Shown one piece after another: positions 29,754 through 40,700 of a stretch of 45,585 nucleotides of DNA (position 1 is the first letter of the stretch; each line of letters begins with the position of its first letter). A model generated the notes under the pieces. It saw nothing but the letters and a program-made list of their open reading frames with translations, was not told where the DNA came from and searched no databases. The position numbers and the translations under genes were made by a program. The stretch is from Babesia bigemina (taxonomy: Eukaryota): the NCBI RefSeq assembly GCF_000981445.1, contig NW_012237203.1, positions 1 through 45,585 on the forward strand. Reading direction: 5' to 3'.

Positions 29754-32700
29754 TCACGGCTGCAGGTACGATATCTTGGCAAGCTTTCCGACTTGCGCTG
29801 CAGCCAACAGAGATTGCGCCGTTATCTTGTGCGATGACGGTATCCTCAGGTGTGAGCGTATGTGGAGCACATCCAGTCTGCCAACCATGACGCAAATGAG
29901 GTAGAAGAGGGAGAGGAGCCAGAGCGCCAGCACTAGGTAGGTGAACGGTTCTCTGATGGTCCAAATGAAGTTGTCACATTCCTCAAATAATTTGGCGAAG
30001 TGTTGCGATTTCAGCAGATTACTCAGTTGTGTATGGAAACTGAGGCAGAATTTTCTGTTAGTTCCATACAGCGTTTTTGCGTTGCCAAAAGTGAACCCGT
30101 ATTGGTAGAACGTAGTCATCACTCCACGACAGCTTATCAATGCTTTGCACTTGCAGCTGTATTCGACACCATGCTTACCCGGCTTGCACGAACATTTCGT
30201 ACAACCGGAGCCTCCACAATCAATCTGCTGGAACGCATCGAGCAACGATTTAAGGTAACTGTAGAATGTCCACGGCAGATATACAGCCCATGACAGGTAG
30301 AGATCGGCGTGCTTTTTGGCGAGGTACTTGTACGCATCGGAAGCTGTGGAGCAGAGGTAGGGAGCGCAGTGAATATCCCTGTCATGAGGTAGATTGCATG
30401 ATTCTCTTGACAGGCTCCACAAGTCAGCTTCCGTAGATTTGGAATGGCCCGAGCTGTTGTGACCCGTTTGGTTGCGATATGCATTCTGCAGCGCACCTGT
30501 GAGTTTGCTTGTCTCCTTGTATAGCTCGATGGACAGCGCTTTCGTTTTTGTTACAAAAGCTAAGCTGACATCACCAGCGCCGTTAGCATAATCTAACATA
30601 CTACTTAACGTCAACGCAAATTGGAAGTGTTCGGGCAATGTAGACGGCGGCTTGGGCAGCAGACCGAACAGCGTGTTAATATTAGAATTGTCGAAGAATT
30701 TGGTCAGCACGTTAGAGATGTCCTTACCTGTCTTAGTGCTTCCGGAGAAACCTCTGAACCCAAGTGGTGTTATACATGGCGCACCGGGTAGACTTTTGGG
30801 ACACGTTTTACACTCGGACTTACACCCCGCTGAAACCAACTGGTGAGGCAGGCACCCGGGTAGGCAGTCGCGAAGATACGACATCAACGGTGATCTAGGT
30901 AGGCAATCGGTTGACTCGTCGGCGGGATGTTCACCGCATTGCCAATTGGAGTGTTTGACTCCTCTGCCGTACTGACAGCCGGACCAGCCGTGGTATGCAG
31001 CGCTTAGGCCGCATTGAGTATTCAAAAATTTAAGTGAGGGTAGTAGTCTGCGAAGAATGTCCAATAGCATCTGGAGGCAATCTTCGCCCTTGGATGGGTA
31101 GTGAAAGTTCAGCGAATTGGTGGAGTAGTCGACGGCGTACATGGAGTACGCATCCCCGGTTCCAGCTATTGTTGTGAGAATATCATGAGATCTTGAACAT
31201 AGGCGTTTCACTGCTCGCTGAGTATCATCCATCGCTATGTTTTGTGGATACGCTGCCAGGGGTTTGTCGCTGATATATGTGACGGGGATGCCATCGGCGT
31301 CTTCGGGCTGTTTAGTGGGATCGACGAACAGTTCACTGACAGTCTCATGTAACATTTCGTCAAACACGTTATTGCACGGTAGCCCGGACATCCAGCAAAG
31401 CATCTCGAAGATGTTACATGGACGTTTCTTCGCAGAGAAGGTGGCGACGTGGCAGACTTGGTAATATATCTGGAGACAGTCGTGCAGTGTATCCAGTGCG
31501 TTTTGCTTGGATTTATCAATGTAATACAAGTGGTGTTCATCACTTCCGAACATACGTTTGCAGATGAATAGTCCTGTCATGCCTTTACTGTCCTGCAGCT
31601 CCCAGTGCTTCTTCCCGTCCTCGGTAACCTTGTAGCCTTGAGTGGCGAAATATTTTCCGAGCTCTGTGTTTATGTTTATTTGATCGCTTTTACACCTTGC
31701 AACGCAGTACTTAAGTATAGTCTTGAACTCGGAATACAGGATGGAGAGCAGCGACAGGCACACTTTAGCGCACTTGTTGCCATCATCCGTAACTTTCGTA
31801 GTTCTTGCATCGACTAATATCATACCCTCCGAGCCTCCATCATATCTATTAATGTACGCCTTTCCAAGTTCACCCACCAGACCCCGGAGGCCGTGGGCAA
31901 TGGTTTCCAGCAGCGGAGTGTTCGGCTCAGAAAATGACTCAGGGTGGAGGCCATCGATCGCATCGGTCAGTCCGTTCAGCAGTCTGGGCACATGATGATC
32001 GTACCTGTTGCCGGCTCTGATTTGGTGGATTAATTTCTCGAGTTCATTTTGTACGCAAGTAACGGCGTCGGCGTAGTTGTTTGTTGGCCTCTGAGACGAA
32101 GGGTGTTTCTTGGCATGGTTGGCGTCGTTCTCTCTGCCGATCTCATCTTTGAGGTAGGCGTGGAGTGGTGAGCAGAAATTCTGGAAAGCCTCAGACAGAG
32201 TGTCGAGTTTTAAGTCATCTTTCTTAGGAACGATGTTGGTAGTCAATGTTTCATGCAATTTTCCCATAAAACCTTTATAGCCTTTTTGCAGGTCTTCATC
32301 GATATGGGTTGGCAGCGTATCTAGTTCGCTGTGAATCTTTTCCGCAAATTGTGTGAGCAGCATTTTAATGGACGAAACGTAATCTATACGGGCCTTTTTG
32401 GTGAGATGTTCCTTGGCTTCTGTCACGTTCGTGCCAACGTGTGCCTTAAGTCCGTCTATTGTTTTATTGCGTACATCATCGGCTCCGTTAACGAACTCCT
32501 TGGCTTTCTTAATGGCACGTCCCAAGTCACCAGTGCGGAGGTTGTGAAGATTGTCCTTGATTTCTTGTAGACTGCCTTTAACCACTTTCATATCAGTCGA
32601 CTTACCGATCGTTTTACTTTTAAGAGTCTGCAATAATTTGTTAACATCTGCAGCAGAACGGGCGAACTCCTCGGTGATTGCATCGAGACTTTTTTTTATT

Positions 32701-34664
32701 TTGGAAGACATACTACTGATGCCCGCTTTAATCTCATGAACCGTTATATCCTCAACTCTGTTTCTAACAGCTTCGATTGTTTCATCGAGTTTACCAGCAA
32801 AGTTCTCAGTTGTGTTAGATTTCCCGGTAGCTGTTTCAAGTTGACGATGTAGCTTTTTAGCATCTGACAGCGCTGTGTCTAAGGTTTGGGCGATGCTTTG
32901 GCGGCCACGAATACTGTTCCCCAGTGCAAATGAATGAAGTTCGTTAGCAACCTGCCTAGATTTACATGAGAGAAATGAGAGGGTGGCATAGATGGCCTCA
33001 GAAAGATTAGTAGTTTTAGTAATGGCGACGCCATTGTTTACCGCACTGTTGACTGCTCCGACAATGGATCCCACATTTTCATGTATCTTACTCTCTAGTT
33101 GTTCTGCGAAATTGTTACAACCGAGTTTGATGGCTTCGACATATTTTTCAACGTTATCAGTTGATTTGGGTTTATTTTCGACATTATCATTAATTTCTTG
33201 TTGAACCTTTTTACCGGTGATATCGATAATATTGGCGCCGGAGGTCTTGAGTTGATCCATAATCTTATCTTTAATAACCTTGTTTATATTTTCCTGACTG
33301 CCTTTGTCGGTAAACTTCCCAGTGTTTTCACCGCCTAAGTAATTGGCGATATACCCATTCACATAAGTTTGTAACCATCCTTTTCTACCCTTTTCCTCAC
33401 CCACGATGTCGTTTAGCCACCCTTCCACCGTCTTTTCAAATCCAGCGCCATACTGATAACTGTATGTGTTTAATACATTCAAAACACCCTGCAGGCCTTT
33501 CGTAGCTCTCGTGCTTCCCTGTCCTTTTATACTCACCATCTCATTTTTTATCTTATCGAAAATGTTATTAATGTCTTTCTGATTTTCAAATTGTTCTCCG
33601 AGCTCCGTAATAGTCTGATCAACCTGACCAGTCAAGGCTAAAAGGTCTCTCCAATAAGCGTCAAGCCTATCTTTCCACGCCGTTAATACGTCAGTCGACG
33701 TGTAAATTTCGTTAGTTGCCGATCTGCCAATCTCTTTTCTTTCCATCTTCTGCATCCCTTCCATTGCACTGTTAATCATACTGTCCGCACTATTGATACA
33801 TGCTTCCAATTCGCCAACATACTTAGTCAAATTCGTATCAATTTTTTCAAGCAAAACCAAAATTATTTTAACCGCCTCCTTTAATCTGTCCGCCAACAAT
33901 TTTACATCTTTATCTATATTATCATTCACGCAGCTTTTGACGTTTTCAAGTTTTGTCGATATTAATTCTTTCATTGTTCCCAAATCGTCAGACTCCTTTG
34001 CCGACAACTTGGTCAAACGCTCAGTCTCATATTTTATAACATTACGAGCAGTGTCTATTTTGTCACGCAGCTTGTAATTAAGATCGTTGAGTGCCTCTCT
34101 AATTTTTTTGTTTTGTGGCTTGTTTGTATCTATATCGCTGTTGAATTTTTTTATGTATGTAATGCAATTTAGCAGCAACTTTTCAGTCTGGTACACCTGT
34201 GCGTCGTTCCCAGACGTCCCAGTCACTTTATCAGCATCAATGCTTTTAACGCCTTTCATCAACGATCCGTCGGTTTTTGAGTAATCTATCAACTTCTCGA
34301 TTAGATTTTTCAAACTATCATTGCAATTCATAACACTCATATTGTATGCCGACACTTTACCGGTGACCTTTTGGATACACCTTTTAAAAGCTTCATGACC
34401 ATTCCAAATTTCTTTTCTAATCTCTTTAGTCGCACTAATTAACGTTGTTTTACCCACACTGTAAGGCTGTTTCTCGCTGACATTCTTAAGCACCTGATAC
34501 AAAAATCCCATCACCCCGTCACACAGCCTGTCAAGGTCAGAGTACACTATCCCACTGCCATCGTAGCCTTTGGTAGCAGAGTTGAAGCCGAGGAAAGTCT
34601 CGAGGCCGGAGCAGAGGTTAGTAAGGATGTTAGTAGGGTTGTTATTTGAGGTATTTTTAAGGTT
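29754..34664 (-). CDS. ves1: ves1-like variant antigen (ves-C), ~1636-codon open frame; 5' start not intact
   Basis: The frame is open from 34664 (NLKNTSNNNPTNILTNLCSGLETFLGF...GIVYSDLDRLCDGVM) to the tail QVGKLAKISYLQP. The upstream in-frame ATG at 34790 is cut off by TAA at 34665-34667. Confidence 0.8.
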   Translation of the reverse strand, partial: NLKNTSNNNPTNILTNLCSGLETFLGFNSATKGYDGSGIVYSDLDRLCDGVMGFLYQVLKNVSEKQPYSVGKTTLISATKEIRKEIWNGHEAFKRCIQKVTGKVSAYNMSVMNCNDSLKNLIEKLIDYSKTDGSLMKGVKSIDADKVTGTSGNDAQVYQTEKLLLNCITYIKKFNSDIDTNKPQNKKIREALNDLNYKLRDKIDTARNVIKYETERLTKLSAKESDDLGTMKELISTKLENVKSCVNDNIDKDVKLLADRLKEAVKIILVLLEKIDTNLTKYVGELEACINSADSMINSAMEGMQKMERKEIGRSATNEIYTSTDVLTAWKDRLDAYWRDLLALTGQVDQTITELGEQFENQKDINNIFDKIKNEMVSIKGQGSTRATKGLQGVLNVLNTYSYQYGAGFEKTVEGWLNDIVGEEKGRKGWLQTYVNGYIANYLGGENTGKFTDKGSQENINKVIKDKIMDQLKTSGANIIDITGKKVQQEINDNVENKPKSTDNVEKYVEAIKLGCNNFAEQLESKIHENVGSIVGAVNSAVNNGVAITKTTNLSEAIYATLSFLSCKSRQVANELHSFALGNSIRGRQSIAQTLDTALSDAKKLHRQLETATGKSNTTENFAGKLDETIEAVRNRVEDITVHEIKAGISSMSSKIKKSLDAITEEFARSAADVNKLLQTLKSKTIGKSTDMKVVKGSLQEIKDNLHNLRTGDLGRAIKKAKEFVNGADDVRNKTIDGLKAHVGTNVTEAKEHLTKKARIDYVSSIKMLLTQFAEKIHSELDTLPTHIDEDLQKGYKGFMGKLHETLTTNIVPKKDDLKLDTLSEAFQNFCSPLHAYLKDEIGRENDANHAKKHPSSQRPTNNYADAVTCVQNELEKLIHQIRAGNRYDHHVPRLLNGLTDAIDGLHPESFSEPNTPLLETIAHGLRGLVGELGKAYINRYDGGSEGMILVDARTTKVTDDGNKCAKVCLSLLSILYSEFKTILKYCVARCKSDQININTELGKYFATQGYKVTEDGKKHWELQDSKGMTGLFICKRMFGSDEHHLYYIDKSKQNALDTLHDCLQIYYQVCHVATFSAKKRPCNIFEMLCWMSGLPCNNVFDEMLHETVSELFVDPTKQPEDADGIPVTYISDKPLAAYPQNIAMDDTQRAVKRLCSRSHDILTTIAGTGDAYSMYAVDYSTNSLNFHYPSKGEDCLQMLLDILRRLLPSLKFLNTQCGLSAAYHGWSGCQYGRGVKHSNWQCGEHPADESTDCLPRSPLMSYLRDCLPGCLPHQLVSAGCKSECKTCPKSLPGAPCITPLGFRGFSGSTKTGKDISNVLTKFFDNSNINTLFGLLPKPPSTLPEHFQFALTLSSMLDYANGAGDVSLAFVTKTKALSIELYKETSKLTGALQNAYRNQTGHNSSGHSKSTEADLWSLSRESCNLPHDRDIHCAPYLCSTASDAYKYLAKKHADLYLSWAVYLPWTFYSYLKSLLDAFQQIDCGGSGCTKCSCKPGKHGVEYSCKCKALISCRGVMTTFYQYGFTFGNAKTLYGTNRKFCLSFHTQLSNLLKSQHFAKLFEECDNFIWTIREPFTYLVLALWLLSLFYLICVMVGRLDVLHIRSHLRIPSSHKITAQSLLAAAQVGKLAKISYLQP

Positions 34665-34816
34665 TTAAATTTTGTCAAATTTCTTGCCAAGCTCCCTAGG
34701 CGGCACATGGTCAGGGCAGTGGCAAGAGGTGGAGGAAGGAAAGTGAAGGGTGACAAGGCACAAGTTATTAGGATGGTTTATAGAGGTCATAGGGGTATTA
34801 TGGCGAGGTAATTCAA

Positions 34817-36704
34817 GGGATGTAGAGTAGATAAGGGAGCGATGTAGAGTGGATAAAGGGGCGATGTGGAGTGTGTTAGGGAGCGATGTAGGGTGGATTA
34901 GGGAGCGATGTAGAGTGGGTTAGGGAGCGATGTGGAGTGGATAAGGGGCGATGTAGAGTGGGTTAAGGGGCGATGTAGAGTGGGTTAGGGAGCGATGTGG
35001 AGTGGGTTAGGGAGCGATGTGGAGTGGGTTAGGGAGCGATGTGGAGTGGGTTAGGGAGCGATGTAGAGTGGATCAAGGGGCGGTGTAGAGTGGGTAAAGG
35101 GGCGATGTCGAGTGGGTTAGGGGGCGATGTAGAGTGGCTTAGGGAGCGATGTAGGGTGGGTTAAGGGGCGATGTAGAGTGGATAAAGGGGCGATGTAGAG
35201 TGGATAAAGGGGCGATGTAGAGTGGGTTAAGGAGCGATGTAGAGTGGGTAAAGGAGCGATGTAGAGTGGGTTAAGGAGCGATGTAGAGTGGTTTAGGGAG
35301 CGATGTAGAGTGGGTAAAGGGGCGATGTAGAGTGGATAAAGGGGCGATGTAGAGTGGGTTAAGGGGCGATGTAGAGTGGATAAAGGGGCGATGTAGGGTG
35401 GGTTAAGGAGCGATGTAGAGTGGATAAAGGAGCGATGTAGAGTGGGTTAGGGAGCGATGTAGAGTGGGTTAAGGGGCGATGTGGAGTGGGTTAAGGGGCG
35501 ATGTAGAGTGGATAGAGGAGCGATGTGGAGTGGGTTAGGGAGCGATGTAGAGTGGGTTAAGGAGCGATGTAGAGTGGATAAGGGAGCGATGTAGAGTGGA
35601 TAAAGGAGCGATGTAGAGTGGATAAGGGGCGATGTGGAGTGGATAGAGGAGCGATGTAGAGTGGGTTAGGGAGCGATGTAGAGTGGGTTAAGGGGCGATG
35701 TAGAGTGGGTTAGGGAGCGATGTAGAGTGGATTAGGGAGCGATGTAGAGTGGATAAAGGAGCGATGTACAGTGGGTTAGGGAGCGATGTAGAGTGGGTTA
35801 AGGGGCGATGTGGAGTGGGTTAAGGGGCGATGTAGAGTGGGTTAAGGGGCGATGTAGAGTGGGTAAAGGGGCGATGAAGGGTGGATAAAGGGGCGATGTA
35901 GAGTGGATAAAGGGGCGATGTGGAGTGGGTTAAGGGGCGATGTAGATGTGAGTGGGTAAGGGGCGATGTGGAGTGGATTAGGGGGCGATGTAGAGTGGGT
36001 TAAGGGGCGATGTAGAGTGGGTTAGGGAGCGATGTAGAGTGGGTTAAGGAGCGATGAAGGGTGGGTAAAGGGGCGATGTAGAGTGGATAAAGGGGCGATG
36101 TAGAGTGGGTAAAGGGGCGATGAGGAGTGGGTTAGGGAGCGATGTAGAGTGGATAAAGGGGCGATGAAGAGTGGATAAGGGGCGATGTAGAGTGGATTAG
36201 GGAGCGATGTAGAGTGGATAAAAGAGCGACGCAGAGTGGATAAAGGGGCGATGTGGAGTGGATAAAGGGGCGATGAAGAGTGGATTAGGGAGCGATGTAG
36301 AGTAGGTTAAGGGGCGATGAAGAGTGGATTAGGGAGCGATGTAGAGTGGGTAAAGGGGCGATGTAGAGTGGATTAGGGAGCGATGTAGAGTGGGTTAGGG
36401 AGCGATGTAGAGTGGATAAGGGGCGATGTGGAGTGGGTTACGGAGCGATGTAGAGTGGGTTAGGGAGCGATGTGGAGTGGGTTAGGGAGCGATGTGGAGT
36501 GGGTTAGGGAGCGATGTGGAGTGGGTTAGGGAGCGATGTAGAGTGGATCAAGGGGCGGTGTAGAGTGGGTAAAGGGGCGATGTCGAGTGGGTTAGGGGGC
36601 GATGTAGAGTGGCTTAGGGAGCGATGTAGGGTGGGTTAAGGGGCGATGTAGAGTGGATAAAGGGGCGATGTAGAGTGGATAAAGGGGCGATGAAGAGTGG
36701 ATAA
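34817..36704. repeat. 22-bp minisatellite array 4 (~1.9 kb)
   Basis: Same unit as array 1. Confidence 0.97.
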
Positions 36705-36722
36705 TAATCACCACTTAGGTCA

Positions 36723-36846
36723 CCATGTCATCGCTGCCGTGTCCATGTCATCGCTGCCGTAAGCATGTCATCGCTGCCGTGACCATGTCCTCGCTGCCGT
36801 TACCATGTCCTCGCTGCCGTTACCATGTCATCGCCGCCGTGACCAT
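36723..36846. repeat. 20-bp minisatellite (~6 copies)
   Basis: Direct inspection. Confidence 0.9.
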
Positions 36847-36849
36847 CAA

Positions 36850-37660
36850 CTTGGTCAGCACATAGGTCACCACGTTGGTCATGGCATTGGTCAACACGTT
36901 TGTCAGCACTTTGGTCACCACTTTGGTCATGGCATTGGTCACAACATTGGTCAGCACTTTAGTCATGGCATTGGTCACCACTTTAGTCATGGCATTGGTC
37001 ACCACTTTGGTCACCACTTTGGTCAACACATTGGTCAGCACATTGGTCAGCACATAGGTGAACACGTTGGTCAGCACCTTGGTCAGCACCTTGGTCAGCA
37101 CTTTGGTCATGGCATTGGTCACCACTTAGGTCGTGGCATTGGTCAGCACTTTGGTCACCACTTTGGTCACCACTTTGGTCAGCACGTTGGTCAACACTTT
37201 GGTCAGCACGTTGGTCAGCACGTTGGTCAGCACATTGGTCACCTCTTAGGTCATGGCATTGGTCACCACGTTGGTCAGCACATTGGTCATCACGTTGGTC
37301 ATCACGTTGGTCAGCACATTGGTCATCACGTTGGTCATCACGTTGGTCAGCACGTTGGTCAGCACATTGGTCAGCACATTGGTCAGCACTTTGGTCACCA
37401 CGTTGGTCATGGCATTGGTCAGCACTTTGGTCACCACCTTGGTCACCACGTTGGTCAGCATCTTGATCAACACGTTGGTCAACACTCTGGTCACCACTTT
37501 GGTCATGACATTGGTCACCACTTTGGTCAGCACATTGGTCAGCACCTTGGTCACCGCTTTGGTCAGCACATAGGTCACCACTCTGGTCATGGCATTGGTG
37601 ACCACGTTAGTCATGGCATTGGTCATGGCATTGGTCAGCACATTGGTCAACACTTTAGTT
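36850..37660. repeat. 12-bp TTGGTCA-core repeat (~67 copies)
   Basis: Direct inspection. It produces the GQH/VLTK/STLV periodic ORFs. Confidence 0.93.
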
Positions 37661-37780
37661 AACTATTACACAATCACATACAACGGTTAATGAGTGATAC
37701 AACACATTAAACAACAATTCATAAGTTAGGTGAGTAGGTGATATGCTAAGTGAGTGTAGATAGTAAACACGTGAGTACGA

Positions 37781-40700
37781 TTATGGTTGCAGATAAAACA
37801 CTCTGTTGAGCTTGTTAACACGTGCAGCAGCGAGTAATGATTGAGCGGCGATACGGTGCGATGAGGGACTATGCAAATGCGATTTGATGTGGAGCAGGTC
37901 TAGGCGGATGACCATGATGTGGAGGAGGTAGAAGAGGGAGAGGAGCCAGAGGGAAAGGACAAGGTAGGAGAAGGGTTGTCTGATGATCCAGAGGAAATTG
38001 TCAATATGCTTGAGCAAATCTGCAAGTAAGCATCCTTTACCAATAACTCTCTCTAAGGCTGTGCAAAAGTCCTTGCAGGTGCGTCTTGTTTTCGCGTGGT
38101 ATTGGCCACTGAGGTCATGCGGACTGCCGAATGTAAAACCATACTTATACAATGTGGGATGCGTATTAGGGCATTTGACGATGGAGTTGCAATTCGTATT
38201 GTGCTTTACATCTTCGAGTGTGTTTACGGTTGGTTCTTCAGCGGAGTACGTGACTTGGCAATTCGCAGTGCAGCACTTTTCGTAACATCTAGATCCAGGT
38301 GTCTTGCACTTCTTACAGCACTCATCATACAGCTTTTTGAGCAAATCGTAGAACGTGTCGGTGATGTACACGACCCATGACAGATATCTATCTGCGTGAT
38401 GTTTCGAATATATTTCGCGGGTTTGGAGATACAAAGGCTGCAGGTATGCTCCGCAGGGCGGAGTAGGCGAGACGTTTGAATTGCATTTAGTAAGGGTAAG
38501 AAGTTCACCTTTTAAGTGCTTGTCACTGTGAGTGTGTCCGCTTTGTATGCAAGCGACATCTAACTTCGTTTGCGCATTCCCGAAATTGGCTTTTTGGACG
38601 GCTTCTACAAAGGCCGCGTTTTTATGCTCACTACTCTTATCCCACTTGTCAAGGAATTTGTGGTAGAAAGCGAAGATGTCACCTAGTGTCTGCGGAGGCT
38701 TCTGGAGGAGACACGTCAGCATGGAGCATAACTTGGTGAGGCGTGGATCTACGGTACCACAGAATTTCTCAAGCACGTCCTTCAGATGCTTGCCCTGCTT
38801 CGTGTGAGAAGCTGCGATACCAATGTCCGTGAATCCCATAGGAGTCAGGCACGGTTTGCCGAAGTGATTCGGCACAGCGCATTCCAGCTTACAACCCGGC
38901 TTAGTGAACTGATGTGGTAAGAACCCTGGGAGGCCATCCTCAAGGAACGACTGAAGTGGCGACTTTACACCGCACTTGTAATGTTGGTCGGCCGTTTGGT
39001 CATGCTTTTGCTCACACTCTTGGTCGGGACATTGAAGGGTATTGCAGTTCCACGCTGACCCGGCGATGCCCCTGCCGTAGTGGCAGTCCGACCAACCGGA
39101 GCTCTGAGGACCGTTGTTGCACTGCTTGTAAAGGAATAGCATCTGGTGGTATACTCTGGATGCTACGTCGACGAGTAAATCGAAACATTGGCCGGGGTTA
39201 CTCGGGTACGACAGACCTTCGCTGTTAACGTAGAAGTCAACGGCATATACACCATCCGCGTGCCCGTGGCCCTGGATGGCAACCAGGACGTCAACGGAGT
39301 AGTTGCAAACTCTGCGAAGCATCGTGGTTAATTCCTCAGCGTTCAACTTCGTCTCAGTGGAATCAAGCTTGTACTCGGAATCCTTCTGCGCTTTGTCTCC
39401 TTCAGGTTTCTTGAACAGTCCCTTGAAGTGCCCGCATAGTGTCTCATACATGGGATTATACCGCAGTCCAGTGAGCCATTGCAGCATCTGATAGATATTG
39501 CACGGTGCTTTTGGCGATGGAATGTGGCGAAGGTGAGATGTCTTAAAATAGTCGAGCAGGTGCTCGTGGAAGAAGTCAAGTATGTCGAGGAGAGTGATCT
39601 GTGATGCAGCGTGGCTGCTTCGTGCAGCGGCGTTGTTTTTCGTTTTCTTCCACTCTTTGATGGCGTCATAGTTAAAATTCAGATGTTTATTTAGCAGATT
39701 GTCCGAAATTTCCTTTGCCGTAAACTTCGTTTTATTTCTCAACTCCCCCTCGTGGGAATCTGCCTCCTTGGATACCCGGTAACCGTTCTTTTGGAAAAAA
39801 GCTCCGAGCGGATTATCTACGCTTTTACGGTTTTCCAGCGCTTTCAAACTAATCTGCTTGGTTTGATGTTTACCGCATCCCTTCTTCAACCCATCCAACT
39901 CATGTGTAAGCACCTCTAGCAGCGTCAAAAAGACTTTCGCGCACTTCTCGCCGTACTTTGTCAATTCCTTAATCCGATCGACATTATTGCTGTAAACGAC
40001 ATCTTTGCCGGTGTCATGTATCAGCTCACTTTCAAACGTTTCTTTATCGTACGCGGAAATGTAAACTTTTCTCAACTCACCGACGAAGTGCGTAAGCCCT
40101 TCCGTTAGGCTGTCGATGACCGGACTGCTCGGCTTGGCAAAGCCGTCAGGTTTGAGGTTGGCAATTGCAGCGTCAACGTTGTCAAGCAGCTCGGGCAGGG
40201 TGTGGTCATATCTGTGCGTCTTATTGATGTGGGTAAGCGCTTCATTAAATGCGTCGTAAATTGCAATTAGCTGTCCGTGATAGTCATAGACATCCTTGAC
40301 AGCGGGATGCTTTTTGTCGTTTTCCTCTTCGTTAAGTCTGACGATCTCTTTGTTGACATAGGATGCGAGGGGTGACCAGAAGTGTTTGAATGCTTTCGAC
40401 AGATTTTGGAATGCTGTTCTCTTATCCGCCGAATCAACGGGGTCGGCTGCACGACTGCTAAGCTTCTCAATATTTTGGCCGATGTTTTTACCTTCCGTAA
40501 CTTCACCCTCGACAGCTTTCATGAAGCCCTTGAAGCCAATCGTCAAGTCGATGTCGATGAGTTTTGGCAATGGTGACAGTTCCTCTTGCGCTTTATCCGC
40601 GCACGCCTGGAGCAGGAGCTTTATGGAGTCGACGTACTGCCAGCGGACGTGGGAGGTGAGGGACTTTTCTGCGTTTTGAATGTCTTTTTCAACCTCCTTT

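Noticed and set aside
36805..37662. 285-aa His/Gly/Gln-rich ORF (and VLTK/STLV ORFs on other frames; also 27750-28022, 12273-12590)
   Set aside because: These are by-products of a 12-bp repeat whose length is a multiple of 3 and which is open in several frames on both strands. Copy number varies freely between modules, and there is no non-repeat coding flank.
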